From: Microgenomates group bacterium | Lineage (GTDB): Bacteria; Patescibacteriota; Microgenomatia; Daviesbacterales; UBA10151 | NCBI GenBank assembly: GCA_041659805.1 | Contig: JBAZXP010000001.1 | Location: forward strand, 320,589 to 384,588 | Direction of reading: 5' to 3' | Length of the DNA: 64,000 bases | In this document: positions 20,279 to 28,734 of the stretch, piece after piece | Numbering within the stretch: the first letter of the stretch is position 1 | How the letters are laid out: each line of letters begins with the position of its first letter | The notes under the pieces: generated by a model | Told to the model about the DNA's origin: nothing | Seen by the model: only the letters and a program-made list of their open reading frames with translations | The model's database searches: none | Program-made: the position numbers and the translations under genes

Positions 20279-21422
20279 CTAAGGTTTTTGTGGGGTCAAA
20301 AACAGCCTGAAGATTAGGCCAAACATCTTCGCGTCTGCTAATAGTCCCTGCATAAAATCTTGGGTTTGAAATAGATCGTCGGTATTCACCGATTAGTCCG
20401 CCGGAAGTGTCATATCCTACCTGAATATAAGTGTACAAATTCACAGGAATTTTTAACATTTCTTGTACTGCTTTAGTTGATGCAGAAGTGTCAGAATCAC
20501 CCCAGTTATCACCATCTGAAAAATGCATAGGGTAAATATTGTATGAATCAACGGGGTAACGTTTTTTAATAATATCCAGTGCTGCAATATTAGCAGAAGA
20601 ACATTTAGTTCCGCCCCCGGCGCCCCTTTTGAAGAATTTTTCTTCATCTACTTCATAAGCCTCAGTATCATGAGCAAGAAAAACTATATCAACTTTTGGG
20701 TATTTAGTTCTTAAAAATTTCACAGCCCACCAACAAAAAGCCCGACTGGCATAAATTTCAAAGTCTCCCATTGATCCGGAAATATCCCTCATTGGGATAA
20801 TAACTGCCTTTGCCTGTTCTCTTTGCTTTTCCTGATATGTTCTAACACGGAAATCTTCCGGAATAATGTCTCCAATTTCTGCTTTGCCGCTTTCTGTCGC
20901 GTTTCTTGTGATATTTGCGTAAACTGTTCTTTGTAAATCTAAATTACTCGGTGTTTTTCTTTTTGCGACAGTATCAAAGGTTGGTTTTTCAGAGATTACA
21001 TCTTGATCCTTTTTGGGCAAGAGATGGGGGAGTCCCAAATCTTTAAAAATCATTGCTTCCAGCTCTGCAATACTTATTTCAGTTTCATAATATTCCACAC
21101 CCGGTTGGTCTCCCGCGCCTTGTCCGGATTGTGATTCAGAATCAATAGTATCTCCCTCCTTTTCTCCTCCTTCTCCGTTTCCAACTCCGCCCTCGTCATT
21201 TTTATAAATAATCCGTGGAAGATTAAGGGCGCGCATTGGAATTTTAACTATTCTTTTGCTGGTTGGATCCGCGGTGATGATACTCCCGTCACTAACAATG
21301 CTATCTAAATTGCCTTGGATTGCTTCTTTGACCTTTTCGTCATGACGGGCAGCATCTCTTGACCCTTGTTGGTTTAGGGACCAATCATGTTTAGAAATAG
21401 ATACAATATCAAACTCATTCAT
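20271..21422 (-). CDS. YeaH/YhbH family protein (DUF444, vWA-like)
   Basis: 383 aa; a Gly/Glu-rich linker followed by a vWA-like core. It overlaps spoVR by 8 nt and sits between prkA and spoVR. Confidence 0.8.
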   Translation of the reverse strand: MNEFDIVSISKHDWSLNQQGSRDAARHDEKVKEAIQGNLDSIVSDGSIITADPTSKRIVKIPMRALNLPRIIYKNDEGGVGNGEGGEKEGDTIDSESQSGQGAGDQPGVEYYETEISIAELEAMIFKDLGLPHLLPKKDQDVISEKPTFDTVAKRKTPSNLDLQRTVYANITRNATESGKAEIGDIIPEDFRVRTYQEKQREQAKAVIIPMRDISGSMGDFEIYASRAFCWWAVKFLRTKYPKVDIVFLAHDTEAYEVDEEKFFKRGAGGGTKCSSANIAALDIIKKRYPVDSYNIYPMHFSDGDNWGDSDTSASTKAVQEMLKIPVNLYTYIQVGYDTSGGLIGEYRRSISNPRFYAGTISRREDVWPNLQAVFDPTKTLVA

Positions 21423-21445
21423 AATTAATATTACACGGTTGATTC

Positions 21446-23362
21446 TTACCTGTTAAGTAGAGTACCTACATATTTCAGTAGATCGTTTGCACAAGTGGCA
21501 CAGTATCCTTTTTCCATTAAAGTTGCAGCAACAGAATTAATTTTTGCCAGTTGTTCCGGATCAGGATTTCTTGTGTTAGTGGTAATTTTAATTACGTCTT
21601 TTAAATCAGCAAAAAGAGTTTTTTCGATTGCATCATTTAACCTGGTGTGTGATTTATAATCAAAACTTTTACCATCGGCTGATAAGTCACCCGCGGATCT
21701 TAAGATTTCATCTCTGAAAGCTTTTTTAGAACTCTCGTCAATTCCTATTTGAGTTTCAATCTTTCTCATTAGTTTTTCATCAGCTTGAACGTCATCTCCT
21801 GTTACCGGGTCTTTTAATTTTCTGCTGAAACTGTAAGCCCTGATATTATCTAAATAATTTTTGAATAAATTTTTAGCTGATTCTTCATATGAATAGACGA
21901 AAGCTCTTTGGACTTCAGTTTTCGCGGCTTCATCATAATCTTTTCTGGCTTCTGATACAAAAGAATGAAAAGCGTCTTTTTGTTCTTTTGTATATTCGCG
22001 AGTGTTGGTGTGCCAGGCCATTCCTTCGCGAAGAGCCCTTAAAACATTTGGAGGTGTTAGACACTCTGTGTCTTTTTTGATTATAGCCTGAGATAAACAG
22101 TCAATTACAAATCTGGGAGATACTCCTTCCATTCCTTCGTCCGGGCGTTTTTCCTGCAATTCTTTAATTTTTTCAGGTGTTAAATCCTCAACATATTCGC
22201 CGTTATATCCCCGGAGCTTACTCATTGCGCTAATTCCGTTTTCTTTAGCCAGTCTGCTTAAAACAGCAAAAGTTGCGGCGGTTTTTAAAGCTAATGGTGC
22301 CAGATGGACTTTTCCTTCACCTTGTCCGGCGGCGTCTGCAACTAATTTACTATAAATTTTTACTTCATCGGAAACTCTTAAGTTATAAGGAACCGGGATA
22401 ATAATAATCCTGTCTTGCATTGCTTCATTTTCTTTTTTCTTCATAAAGTTATCGTATTCAGTTTGGTTGGTATGAGCGACAATTACCAAATCAGCAGAGA
22501 TATCGGCAAAGCGGGGTGGTTTAATCACTCTGCTTTGGCTTAGATCTAAAGTTGCATAAAGAAATTGTGGTTCAATTTTTAGCATTTCGACAAATTCCAT
22601 AAGTCCCCGGTTGGCAATATTTAATTCCCCGTCAAAGCGGTAAGCCCTGGGGTCAGAGGATACTCCGTATTCTGAAAGTTTTGAGAAATCAACGCTTCCG
22701 ACAAGTTCAGTAATATCTTGTGACTTAGGATCAGAGGGTTTGAAATTTCCAATACCGACCCTTTCTGATTTTGAAAGTAAAACTCTGTGTACAATTTCAG
22801 CACTTCTCAAATCTGCAATATTTTTATTTTTATATTCATGTTTACATTGGGGACAAAGGTCTCCTTCAACTGTAATCCCATATTTTCCTAAAAATTGCTC
22901 ACGTAAAGTTTCAGGAATTAATTTTAAAGGATCCTCATGCATCGGACAATCTTTAATTCCATAAAGAGCTCCTTCAGGTGTCAGGCTATAGCTTTCCATG
23001 CCCGCTTTTAGAATCTCTACCAGGGATGTTTTTCCGCCTCCTGGAGGACCCATTAAAAGCAGGATCCTTCTTCCTATTTCCAAACCCTTAGCTCCGCCTT
23101 TCAAAACTTCCGTAAGTTGGTTAGTTGTTTTTTCAATTCCAAAAAGAGCGTGCTTCCCGCTGGTAAAAAATTCCGGTTGGGAAACAGTATCTAGAATATA
23201 TTGAAATGAGTTTCTTGCTAAACGTGGATTTTCTGTTATTTTATTAAAGTACTCACCGAGAGTCATTGTCTCGCTAGCCAATTTCGCCCTCTCGCTTGAG
23301 TAAGTTGCGAGTTCTCCAAACAAATCATTAGTACCTTCGTGTCTTCGGTCTATGTCTGTCAT
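21446..23362 (-). CDS. prkA: PrkA/YeaG family serine protein kinase (AAA+ N-domain)
   Basis: 638 aa; LLLMGPPGGGKTSLVEILK Walker A; overall PrkA architecture. Confidence 0.88.
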   Translation of the reverse strand: MTDIDRRHEGTNDLFGELATYSSERAKLASETMTLGEYFNKITENPRLARNSFQYILDTVSQPEFFTSGKHALFGIEKTTNQLTEVLKGGAKGLEIGRRILLLMGPPGGGKTSLVEILKAGMESYSLTPEGALYGIKDCPMHEDPLKLIPETLREQFLGKYGITVEGDLCPQCKHEYKNKNIADLRSAEIVHRVLLSKSERVGIGNFKPSDPKSQDITELVGSVDFSKLSEYGVSSDPRAYRFDGELNIANRGLMEFVEMLKIEPQFLYATLDLSQSRVIKPPRFADISADLVIVAHTNQTEYDNFMKKKENEAMQDRIIIIPVPYNLRVSDEVKIYSKLVADAAGQGEGKVHLAPLALKTAATFAVLSRLAKENGISAMSKLRGYNGEYVEDLTPEKIKELQEKRPDEGMEGVSPRFVIDCLSQAIIKKDTECLTPPNVLRALREGMAWHTNTREYTKEQKDAFHSFVSEARKDYDEAAKTEVQRAFVYSYEESAKNLFKNYLDNIRAYSFSRKLKDPVTGDDVQADEKLMRKIETQIGIDESSKKAFRDEILRSAGDLSADGKSFDYKSHTRLNDAIEKTLFADLKDVIKITTNTRNPDPEQLAKINSVAATLMEKGYCATCANDLLKYVGTLLNR

Positions 23363-23456
23363 AATTTTGATTTACAAAAGGCAGAATCAAAAGTTAAGAA
23401 TAAGGTAATCTACACCCAGAAACAGTCTTTGTCAATAGATCATCTAAAATTACCCT

Positions 23457-23485
23457 TTGACATTTTATTACAAAAAATCTAATAT
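23457..23485 (+). promoter_or_regulatory. Sigma70-like promoter for metK (TTGACA-N17-TAATAT)
   Basis: ttgaca at 23457-23462, a 17-nt spacer, taatat at 23480-23485. It lies directly upstream of the riboswitch. Confidence 0.45.
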
Positions 23486-23492
23486 CATTATA

Positions 23493-23612
23493 GACTTGAT
23501 TAAATATCAAGAGAGATGGGTAGAGCTCTGGCTCGATGATCCATCCAGCAACCCCTCCACCAAAGGTGGATAAAGGTGCTAAGTCCAGCTCCTGAGTGAA
23601 ATCGAAGGAGAA
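23493..23612 (+). ncRNA. SAM-I (S-box) riboswitch in the metK 5' leader
   Basis: AUCAAGAGAG junction, GAUGG/CCAUC P2, GCAACC, UCCACC-AAA-GGUGGA P3, GGUGCUAAGUCCAGC, CUCCU/AGGAG P4. The 3' strand of P4/P1 contains the metK Shine-Dalgarno sequence AAGGAG. Confidence 0.6.
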
Positions 23613-23625
23613 AGATAAGGTAAAT

Positions 23626-24678
23626 ATGTTTTACAACACAAAAATTTATACAGTAGAAAGCGTAACCTCAGGACACCCGGATAAAATATGTGATGCTATA
23701 TCTGACGCAATTTTAGATGAATGTTTAAAACAAGATCCAACTTCCCGTGTTGCTGTCGAAAGTTTTGGAGGACATGGAGTTTTAATTGTTGGTGGGGAAG
23801 TCACAACAAAAGCAAAAGTTGATTACGAAAAAATTGCTGCCAAAGTTTATAAGGAAATAGGGCACTCAAATAAATTAAAAATAATTACCAATGTAGTCAC
23901 CCAATCACCTGATATAGCCCAAGGGGTTAATACCGGTGGGGCAGGGGATCAAGGTATTATGTATGGATACGCGACTACAGAAACAGATGAGTACTTACCA
24001 AAAGGAATTGTTTTAGTTCATAAATTAGTAAAGGGACTGGAAGATTTAAGAAAGAGTAAAAAAATTTCCTGGCTTAAGCCGGACGGAAAAGCGCAAGTTA
24101 CATTACAAAATGGCAAAGTCAGATCAGTTTTAGTTTCTACACAACATGATAAAAAAGTTTCATCTGAAGAAATTAGAGAAACATTAATTAAAAAATTAAT
24201 TAAACCTGTTATAGGGGATTTAACTGGGGTTGAAGTGTTGGTAAATCCCACAGGGAACTTTGTCTTAGGTGGGTTTGAGGCTGATACAGGGCTCACAGGA
24301 CGGAAATTAATGGTAGATACATATGGTGGTTTAATTCCTCATGGAGGAGGTTGCTTTTCGGGAAAAGATCCGACAAAAGTGGACAGGTCTGCAGCCTACA
24401 TGTGCAGATTTGTTGCCAAAAATATTGTTGCCAATAAACTTGCTAAGGAATGCTTGGTATCTGTGGCTTACGCCATAGGCCGCGCCGAACCATTAATGGT
24501 AGAAGTTATTGATGAAAAAGGAAGAAATATTACCAAACTTATAAAAGGAAAATTTGATTTCCGTCCCCTGGTTATTATAGAAAGACTGGATCTTCAAAAA
24601 CCAATTTACAGCCAAACTTCTTCCTACGGACATTTCGGAAAACCCAATCTCCCTTGGGAACAAATAATTAAATTTTAG
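23626..24678 (+). CDS. metK: S-adenosylmethionine synthetase (compact, about 350 aa)
   Basis: GHPDKICD, GGAGDQGIMYGYA and DTYGG...HGGGCFSGKDPTKVDRSAAY motifs. The start was moved to the ATG at 23626, downstream of the SD in the riboswitch. Confidence 0.92.
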   Translation: MFYNTKIYTVESVTSGHPDKICDAISDAILDECLKQDPTSRVAVESFGGHGVLIVGGEVTTKAKVDYEKIAAKVYKEIGHSNKLKIITNVVTQSPDIAQGVNTGGAGDQGIMYGYATTETDEYLPKGIVLVHKLVKGLEDLRKSKKISWLKPDGKAQVTLQNGKVRSVLVSTQHDKKVSSEEIRETLIKKLIKPVIGDLTGVEVLVNPTGNFVLGGFEADTGLTGRKLMVDTYGGLIPHGGGCFSGKDPTKVDRSAAYMCRFVAKNIVANKLAKECLVSVAYAIGRAEPLMVEVIDEKGRNITKLIKGKFDFRPLVIIERLDLQKPIYSQTSSYGHFGKPNLPWEQIIKF

Positions 24679-24733
24679 TTAAAACTATAATTTAAACGAA
24701 AATTCTTTACGGGAGATAAGTGCAGTGTACTAT

Positions 24734-25939
24734 TTAATCGATTCTTGCCAATCTGATGCATTCTGTTAATTTGATCATCTTACATTTCTGTTCTGTAAAA
24801 TTTTTTCTGACGCCCTGGTAGCCTTGTAGTGCTATCTTTTTTGCAATTTTGGGGTGATCGATTAAGTACGTAATTTTTTCAGATAGCTCTTGTGGCTTAC
24901 CCGAAGTATAAAGAAAACCGTTTTGACCGTTTTTAATTTGCTCTATAATACCACCGCTTTTAGTACCAATGACGACTCTTTTTAAGAGCATACTCTCAAC
25001 GACAGTTCTACCGAAAGCCTCGTTTTTTGAACAAACTAAGGTGGCATTGGATTTTTTTATCAGAGAATAAGGATTATCTGTAAAATCTAAAATTGTAACC
25101 TTATCTTGGAGGTTATTGTTTTTGATAAAATTTTCTATTTTTTTCAAATAATTATTATTTATTGCCGGTCCGACTATACTTAAATGCACAGAGTTGTTAT
25201 CTATATATTTTAAAGCTTTTACTGCTTCAAGCTGTCCTTTGTTGGGTAAAATTGATCCAACGATAATTAATTTATATACTGAAGAATTTATTGCTACTTT
25301 TTTAGAAATTGTTTTACGATCAAGTGTAATATAGTTATAGAACAAAGATACTTTTGATTGAGGAATTATTTTACAAATTTCTTTTTGGACTGCTTTGGAA
25401 TTTACAAAAACAGCGGCTGAAAGATCATCGATTATTTTTAAAGTTTGTTTGAATCCCAGATCACATTTTAGAGAATGAGGTTTATTTGTAAACTCCCTAA
25501 TCGACCAGATATGTGGCTTTCCTGTTAGTTTGGCAGCGAGCGCACCCCAGGGAATAACTATTGTATTGGTATATACAATATCAGGATTAAACTTATTTAT
25601 TTGATTAGCTATTTCTATTACAGCTTGATTATTTGCTGCTGATACATGAGGCTGGATCTTGATTGGATTTTTTGGATCATGAGCCCACCATTCATAAGGA
25701 ATGAGAGTATATTTAACTCCTATTTGAGTCAATTTATTTTCTAAAAGTCCTTGGTGAGGAAGCACTACTTGGCAGATAACACCCCTCTTTTTAAGATTTG
25801 AAATTAAGTTTAAAAGTGACTTTTCAGCTCCTGCTAAATTAGCAGTGTGACTGATAAAAAGCACTTTAAAGGGGTCCTTTTTTGGGTTGATTGATAGGAA
25901 AGAAAATGCTTTGTTTGGGATGAAATTTAATAATTCCAT
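24734..25939 (-). CDS. Glycosyltransferase family 4 (GT-B, group 1)
   Basis: 401 aa; C-terminal ...VCSKNEAFGRTVVESMLLKRVVIGTKSGGIIEQI... is an EX7E-like GT1 motif. Confidence 0.8.
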   Translation of the reverse strand: MELLNFIPNKAFSFLSINPKKDPFKVLFISHTANLAGAEKSLLNLISNLKKRGVICQVVLPHQGLLENKLTQIGVKYTLIPYEWWAHDPKNPIKIQPHVSAANNQAVIEIANQINKFNPDIVYTNTIVIPWGALAAKLTGKPHIWSIREFTNKPHSLKCDLGFKQTLKIIDDLSAAVFVNSKAVQKEICKIIPQSKVSLFYNYITLDRKTISKKVAINSSVYKLIIVGSILPNKGQLEAVKALKYIDNNSVHLSIVGPAINNNYLKKIENFIKNNNLQDKVTILDFTDNPYSLIKKSNATLVCSKNEAFGRTVVESMLLKRVVIGTKSGGIIEQIKNGQNGFLYTSGKPQELSEKITYLIDHPKIAKKIALQGYQGVRKNFTEQKCKMIKLTECIRLARID

Positions 25940-26001
25940 GCCTATATTATAGGCTATTTGGATACAATAGTCAAACTATAGGACTATTAAAATTTACTAA
26001 T

Positions 26002-28680
26002 TTAGAGGTCTAAATATTGGGAAATTGATTGTTTATATTCTGCTTGGAAAGCTTTATCCACTTTCTCTACTGGATTAGATCCCAGAAATTTTAATAATTC
26101 ATCTAATTTTTCTTGACGCTGTGTTTTATCAGAAATTTCTTTTAACACGACGATATCTTTCTCAATTTGAAAATATTTAAGCTTTATATCCAATGGTAGT
26201 TGCCAAAACAATAAGAACCCCCGTTCTGGAAAATCGATGCCGATTATTTTATAACAGGTTTTCATAAATGATTTTTCTAAATTTGAACGGATAGTTTCGG
26301 TTTGTTCCTTAACTTTTTGTACGTCTGATATTGCAAAAGGTTCTGATCCAATTTCATAATACATTTTTATTTTTGGTTCTGTGCCACTTGGTCTGACAGT
26401 AACTTTCATAGAGATTGTACCGGCAACTGGTTTGAAATTAAATTCCAAAATATTTTTGGAAATCATGTCTGTATCTGACAAGATAGGTAATCTTTTTTGA
26501 TAATCTTCAACATTTGAAACTTCAAATTCTCCAAAATTTTGAGGAGGATTATTTCTGAGTGAATCTTGCATTTGGTCTATTTTTGCTTTTCCTTCTGCTC
26601 CAGGAAGTCTAACTTCTGTTAAGTAATTTCTAAAGTATCCATATTTGGAATAAACATCATATAAATAATCAACCAAAGTTTTACCCTGTGGTTTTAATTC
26701 TGCTGCTAGTTCTGATAACCAAATAGCTGCAGTAGCTGCATCTTTATCTCTGGCATAGTTGCCTGCATTGTATCCATGGCTTTCTTCGCATCCAAAAATA
26801 AAGTAATCCATTTTTCCAGCACTTTCCAATTTATTCATTTCATGTGCTACATATTTATAGCCCACTAACAAATCACCTATCAGAGTCACATTATTTTTCT
26901 TGGAAATTTCAGAAATTAAATTTGTAGTGACCAAAGTTTTTATGGCAATTCCTTTTCCGTTAAGTTCTGCTGCACGTTTACTAATTGAATACTCTGCCAA
27001 AATTGCAGCAATTTCATTACCATTCAAAAACAACCACTCTCCGTCGTGCAAAACCATGATGCCGATCCGATCTGCATCAGGGTCGCTGTTTAATAAAATA
27101 TCTGCGCCGATTTCTTTAGCGAATTTTAAAGGAGTATCAAATGACTGTTCAACTTCCGGATTAGGAATGTTAAAAGTTATGTTTTCAAATTTTCCACTGG
27201 GGGAACTGGTTTTTTCATCAATTGCGACCTTAAAACCTAAATATTCAAGTACTTTTACAACTGATGTTGAACCACAACCATGCAGTGGGGTGTAAGCAAT
27301 TTTTATATTGCGTTTATCAGACAGTGAAACGCTTGCAGCTGCTTTAATATATTCCTGATCAACATCTTCACCAAGGGTTACAATTAATCCTTTGTCCTCT
27401 GCTTCTTGAAAATTCATCCCTTTAATTTCACCAACATTTTCAGTAACCTCTTTTACCAGTTCTTCATCATCAGGTGGAATAAGTTGGCCTCCATATTCAT
27501 CATAAATCTTCTTACCATTATGATCTGGTGGGTTGTGTGAAGCAGAGAACATATCACCACCAATGGCTTTTTTATAACGGATCGCAAAAGAAAGTTCCGG
27601 TGTTGTTCTAATACCATTAAAAAAATAGATTTTAATATCATTGGCAGCATAAACCTCTGCAGCAGCTTTTGCCAAGTCTTTAGAAGTTAAGTTTTTGACA
27701 GGGTTAGGTAGATTATCATCAAAATATTGATTGCTAAAAAACTGACGGATATCATAAGCCAGTACTATACCTCTATCTTTTGTGTCAGTGGGATGTTTTT
27801 TTAATAGGTACTGGGAGTGGCCTTGGGCTGATGATTTAATTGTCCAGGGGTTTATCCTGTTTGGTCCAATACCAACTTCACCTCTTCTGCCTCCAGTTCC
27901 AAAAGGAATAACCTGATAAAAAGAATCAAGTAAATAATCCCAGTATTTATTTTTAATCAAATGTTCAATTTGAGGAACATATTCTTTAAATTGAGGATCT
28001 GATAACCAGCTTTCTAAAGACTTAAGGGCTTGAGTTTGAAAAGTATCGCTGACTCCTAAAGTTTTAAATCCAATCTTTGCTTCTTCGAGTAAATTATTGT
28101 CTGTCATATTAAGCAGTTCTGTTATTTTATCATATTTTCCCTGGCGGAGAATTTCTATACCCTGCTCCCCTATTTTAATTAAAGTTGAAGGGTTTGATTC
28201 TAATGTACCTTTATCTTCATAAAAATCAACACTATCACCAAAATATTCTTTTGCTTCAGAAATTGTTTTAGCATAGGGAAATCCTTCTAAATTAGCACTG
28301 GGAGCAATTAGGGGCCCTGTTTCTTTTAATAAATTTAGTAGTTCATTATCATTTGGTATTCTGAAAGCCAGGGTATTGGTGCCTCTGTGAAGGTAGGCAA
28401 AATCATTAGATGAGACAGGTAAGACCACGCTAACCGGATTGGGCCAAATTGTTGCAAGATAGTTCATGGCTATTTGGTTCACAGTTACATCAAAGAGTTT
28501 TAAGTCATCAATGCTAGATATTAGAATAATAAATGGTTTTTCAGGGGCTCTTTTTCGTAACAAATAGACCTTTTCTACAGCCTCTTTATTTAAAGCCTGG
28601 GCAACAATTCCATACTGAGTATCAGTTGGAATTACAGCAATACCTCCTGATTTTAAAATTTGAATTATTTGAGTATCCAT
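26002..28680 (-). CDS. Fusion protein: N-terminal YrdC/TsaC (L-threonylcarbamoyladenylate synthase) domain, then alpha-D-phosphohexomutase (PGM/PMM), then a ~120-aa C-terminal tail
   Basis: N-terminus: PTDTQYG, RKRAPEKPFI, WPNPVSVVLP, PSANLEGFP, NPSTLIKI (YrdC). Middle: SASHNP, DPDADR, CEESHG, RPSGTEP (four-domain phosphohexomutase). Start set to Met27 (ATG at 28680) to avoid a divergent overlap with ppsA. Confidence 0.8.
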   Translation of the reverse strand: MDTQIIQILKSGGIAVIPTDTQYGIVAQALNKEAVEKVYLLRKRAPEKPFIILISSIDDLKLFDVTVNQIAMNYLATIWPNPVSVVLPVSSNDFAYLHRGTNTLAFRIPNDNELLNLLKETGPLIAPSANLEGFPYAKTISEAKEYFGDSVDFYEDKGTLESNPSTLIKIGEQGIEILRQGKYDKITELLNMTDNNLLEEAKIGFKTLGVSDTFQTQALKSLESWLSDPQFKEYVPQIEHLIKNKYWDYLLDSFYQVIPFGTGGRRGEVGIGPNRINPWTIKSSAQGHSQYLLKKHPTDTKDRGIVLAYDIRQFFSNQYFDDNLPNPVKNLTSKDLAKAAAEVYAANDIKIYFFNGIRTTPELSFAIRYKKAIGGDMFSASHNPPDHNGKKIYDEYGGQLIPPDDEELVKEVTENVGEIKGMNFQEAEDKGLIVTLGEDVDQEYIKAAASVSLSDKRNIKIAYTPLHGCGSTSVVKVLEYLGFKVAIDEKTSSPSGKFENITFNIPNPEVEQSFDTPLKFAKEIGADILLNSDPDADRIGIMVLHDGEWLFLNGNEIAAILAEYSISKRAAELNGKGIAIKTLVTTNLISEISKKNNVTLIGDLLVGYKYVAHEMNKLESAGKMDYFIFGCEESHGYNAGNYARDKDAATAAIWLSELAAELKPQGKTLVDYLYDVYSKYGYFRNYLTEVRLPGAEGKAKIDQMQDSLRNNPPQNFGEFEVSNVEDYQKRLPILSDTDMISKNILEFNFKPVAGTISMKVTVRPSGTEPKIKMYYEIGSEPFAISDVQKVKEQTETIRSNLEKSFMKTCYKIIGIDFPERGFLLFWQLPLDIKLKYFQIEKDIVVLKEISDKTQRQEKLDELLKFLGSNPVEKVDKAFQAEYKQSISQYLDL

Positions 28681-28734
28681 AACAGCCTTTATTATACCTT
28701 GATTTTTAAGTCTTCTAAATGAGACAATAAATTT

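Noticed and set aside
1995-21482. 13-nt exact repeat tttcagtagatcg at about 1995 and about 21470
   Set aside because: The expected number of chance 13-mer matches in a 64-kb AT-rich window, counting both strands, is far above one. There is no flanking similarity.
26900-27295. 131-aa plus-strand ORF inside the YrdC::PGM fusion gene
   Set aside because: It is antisense to the phosphohexomutase domain and has no motifs.
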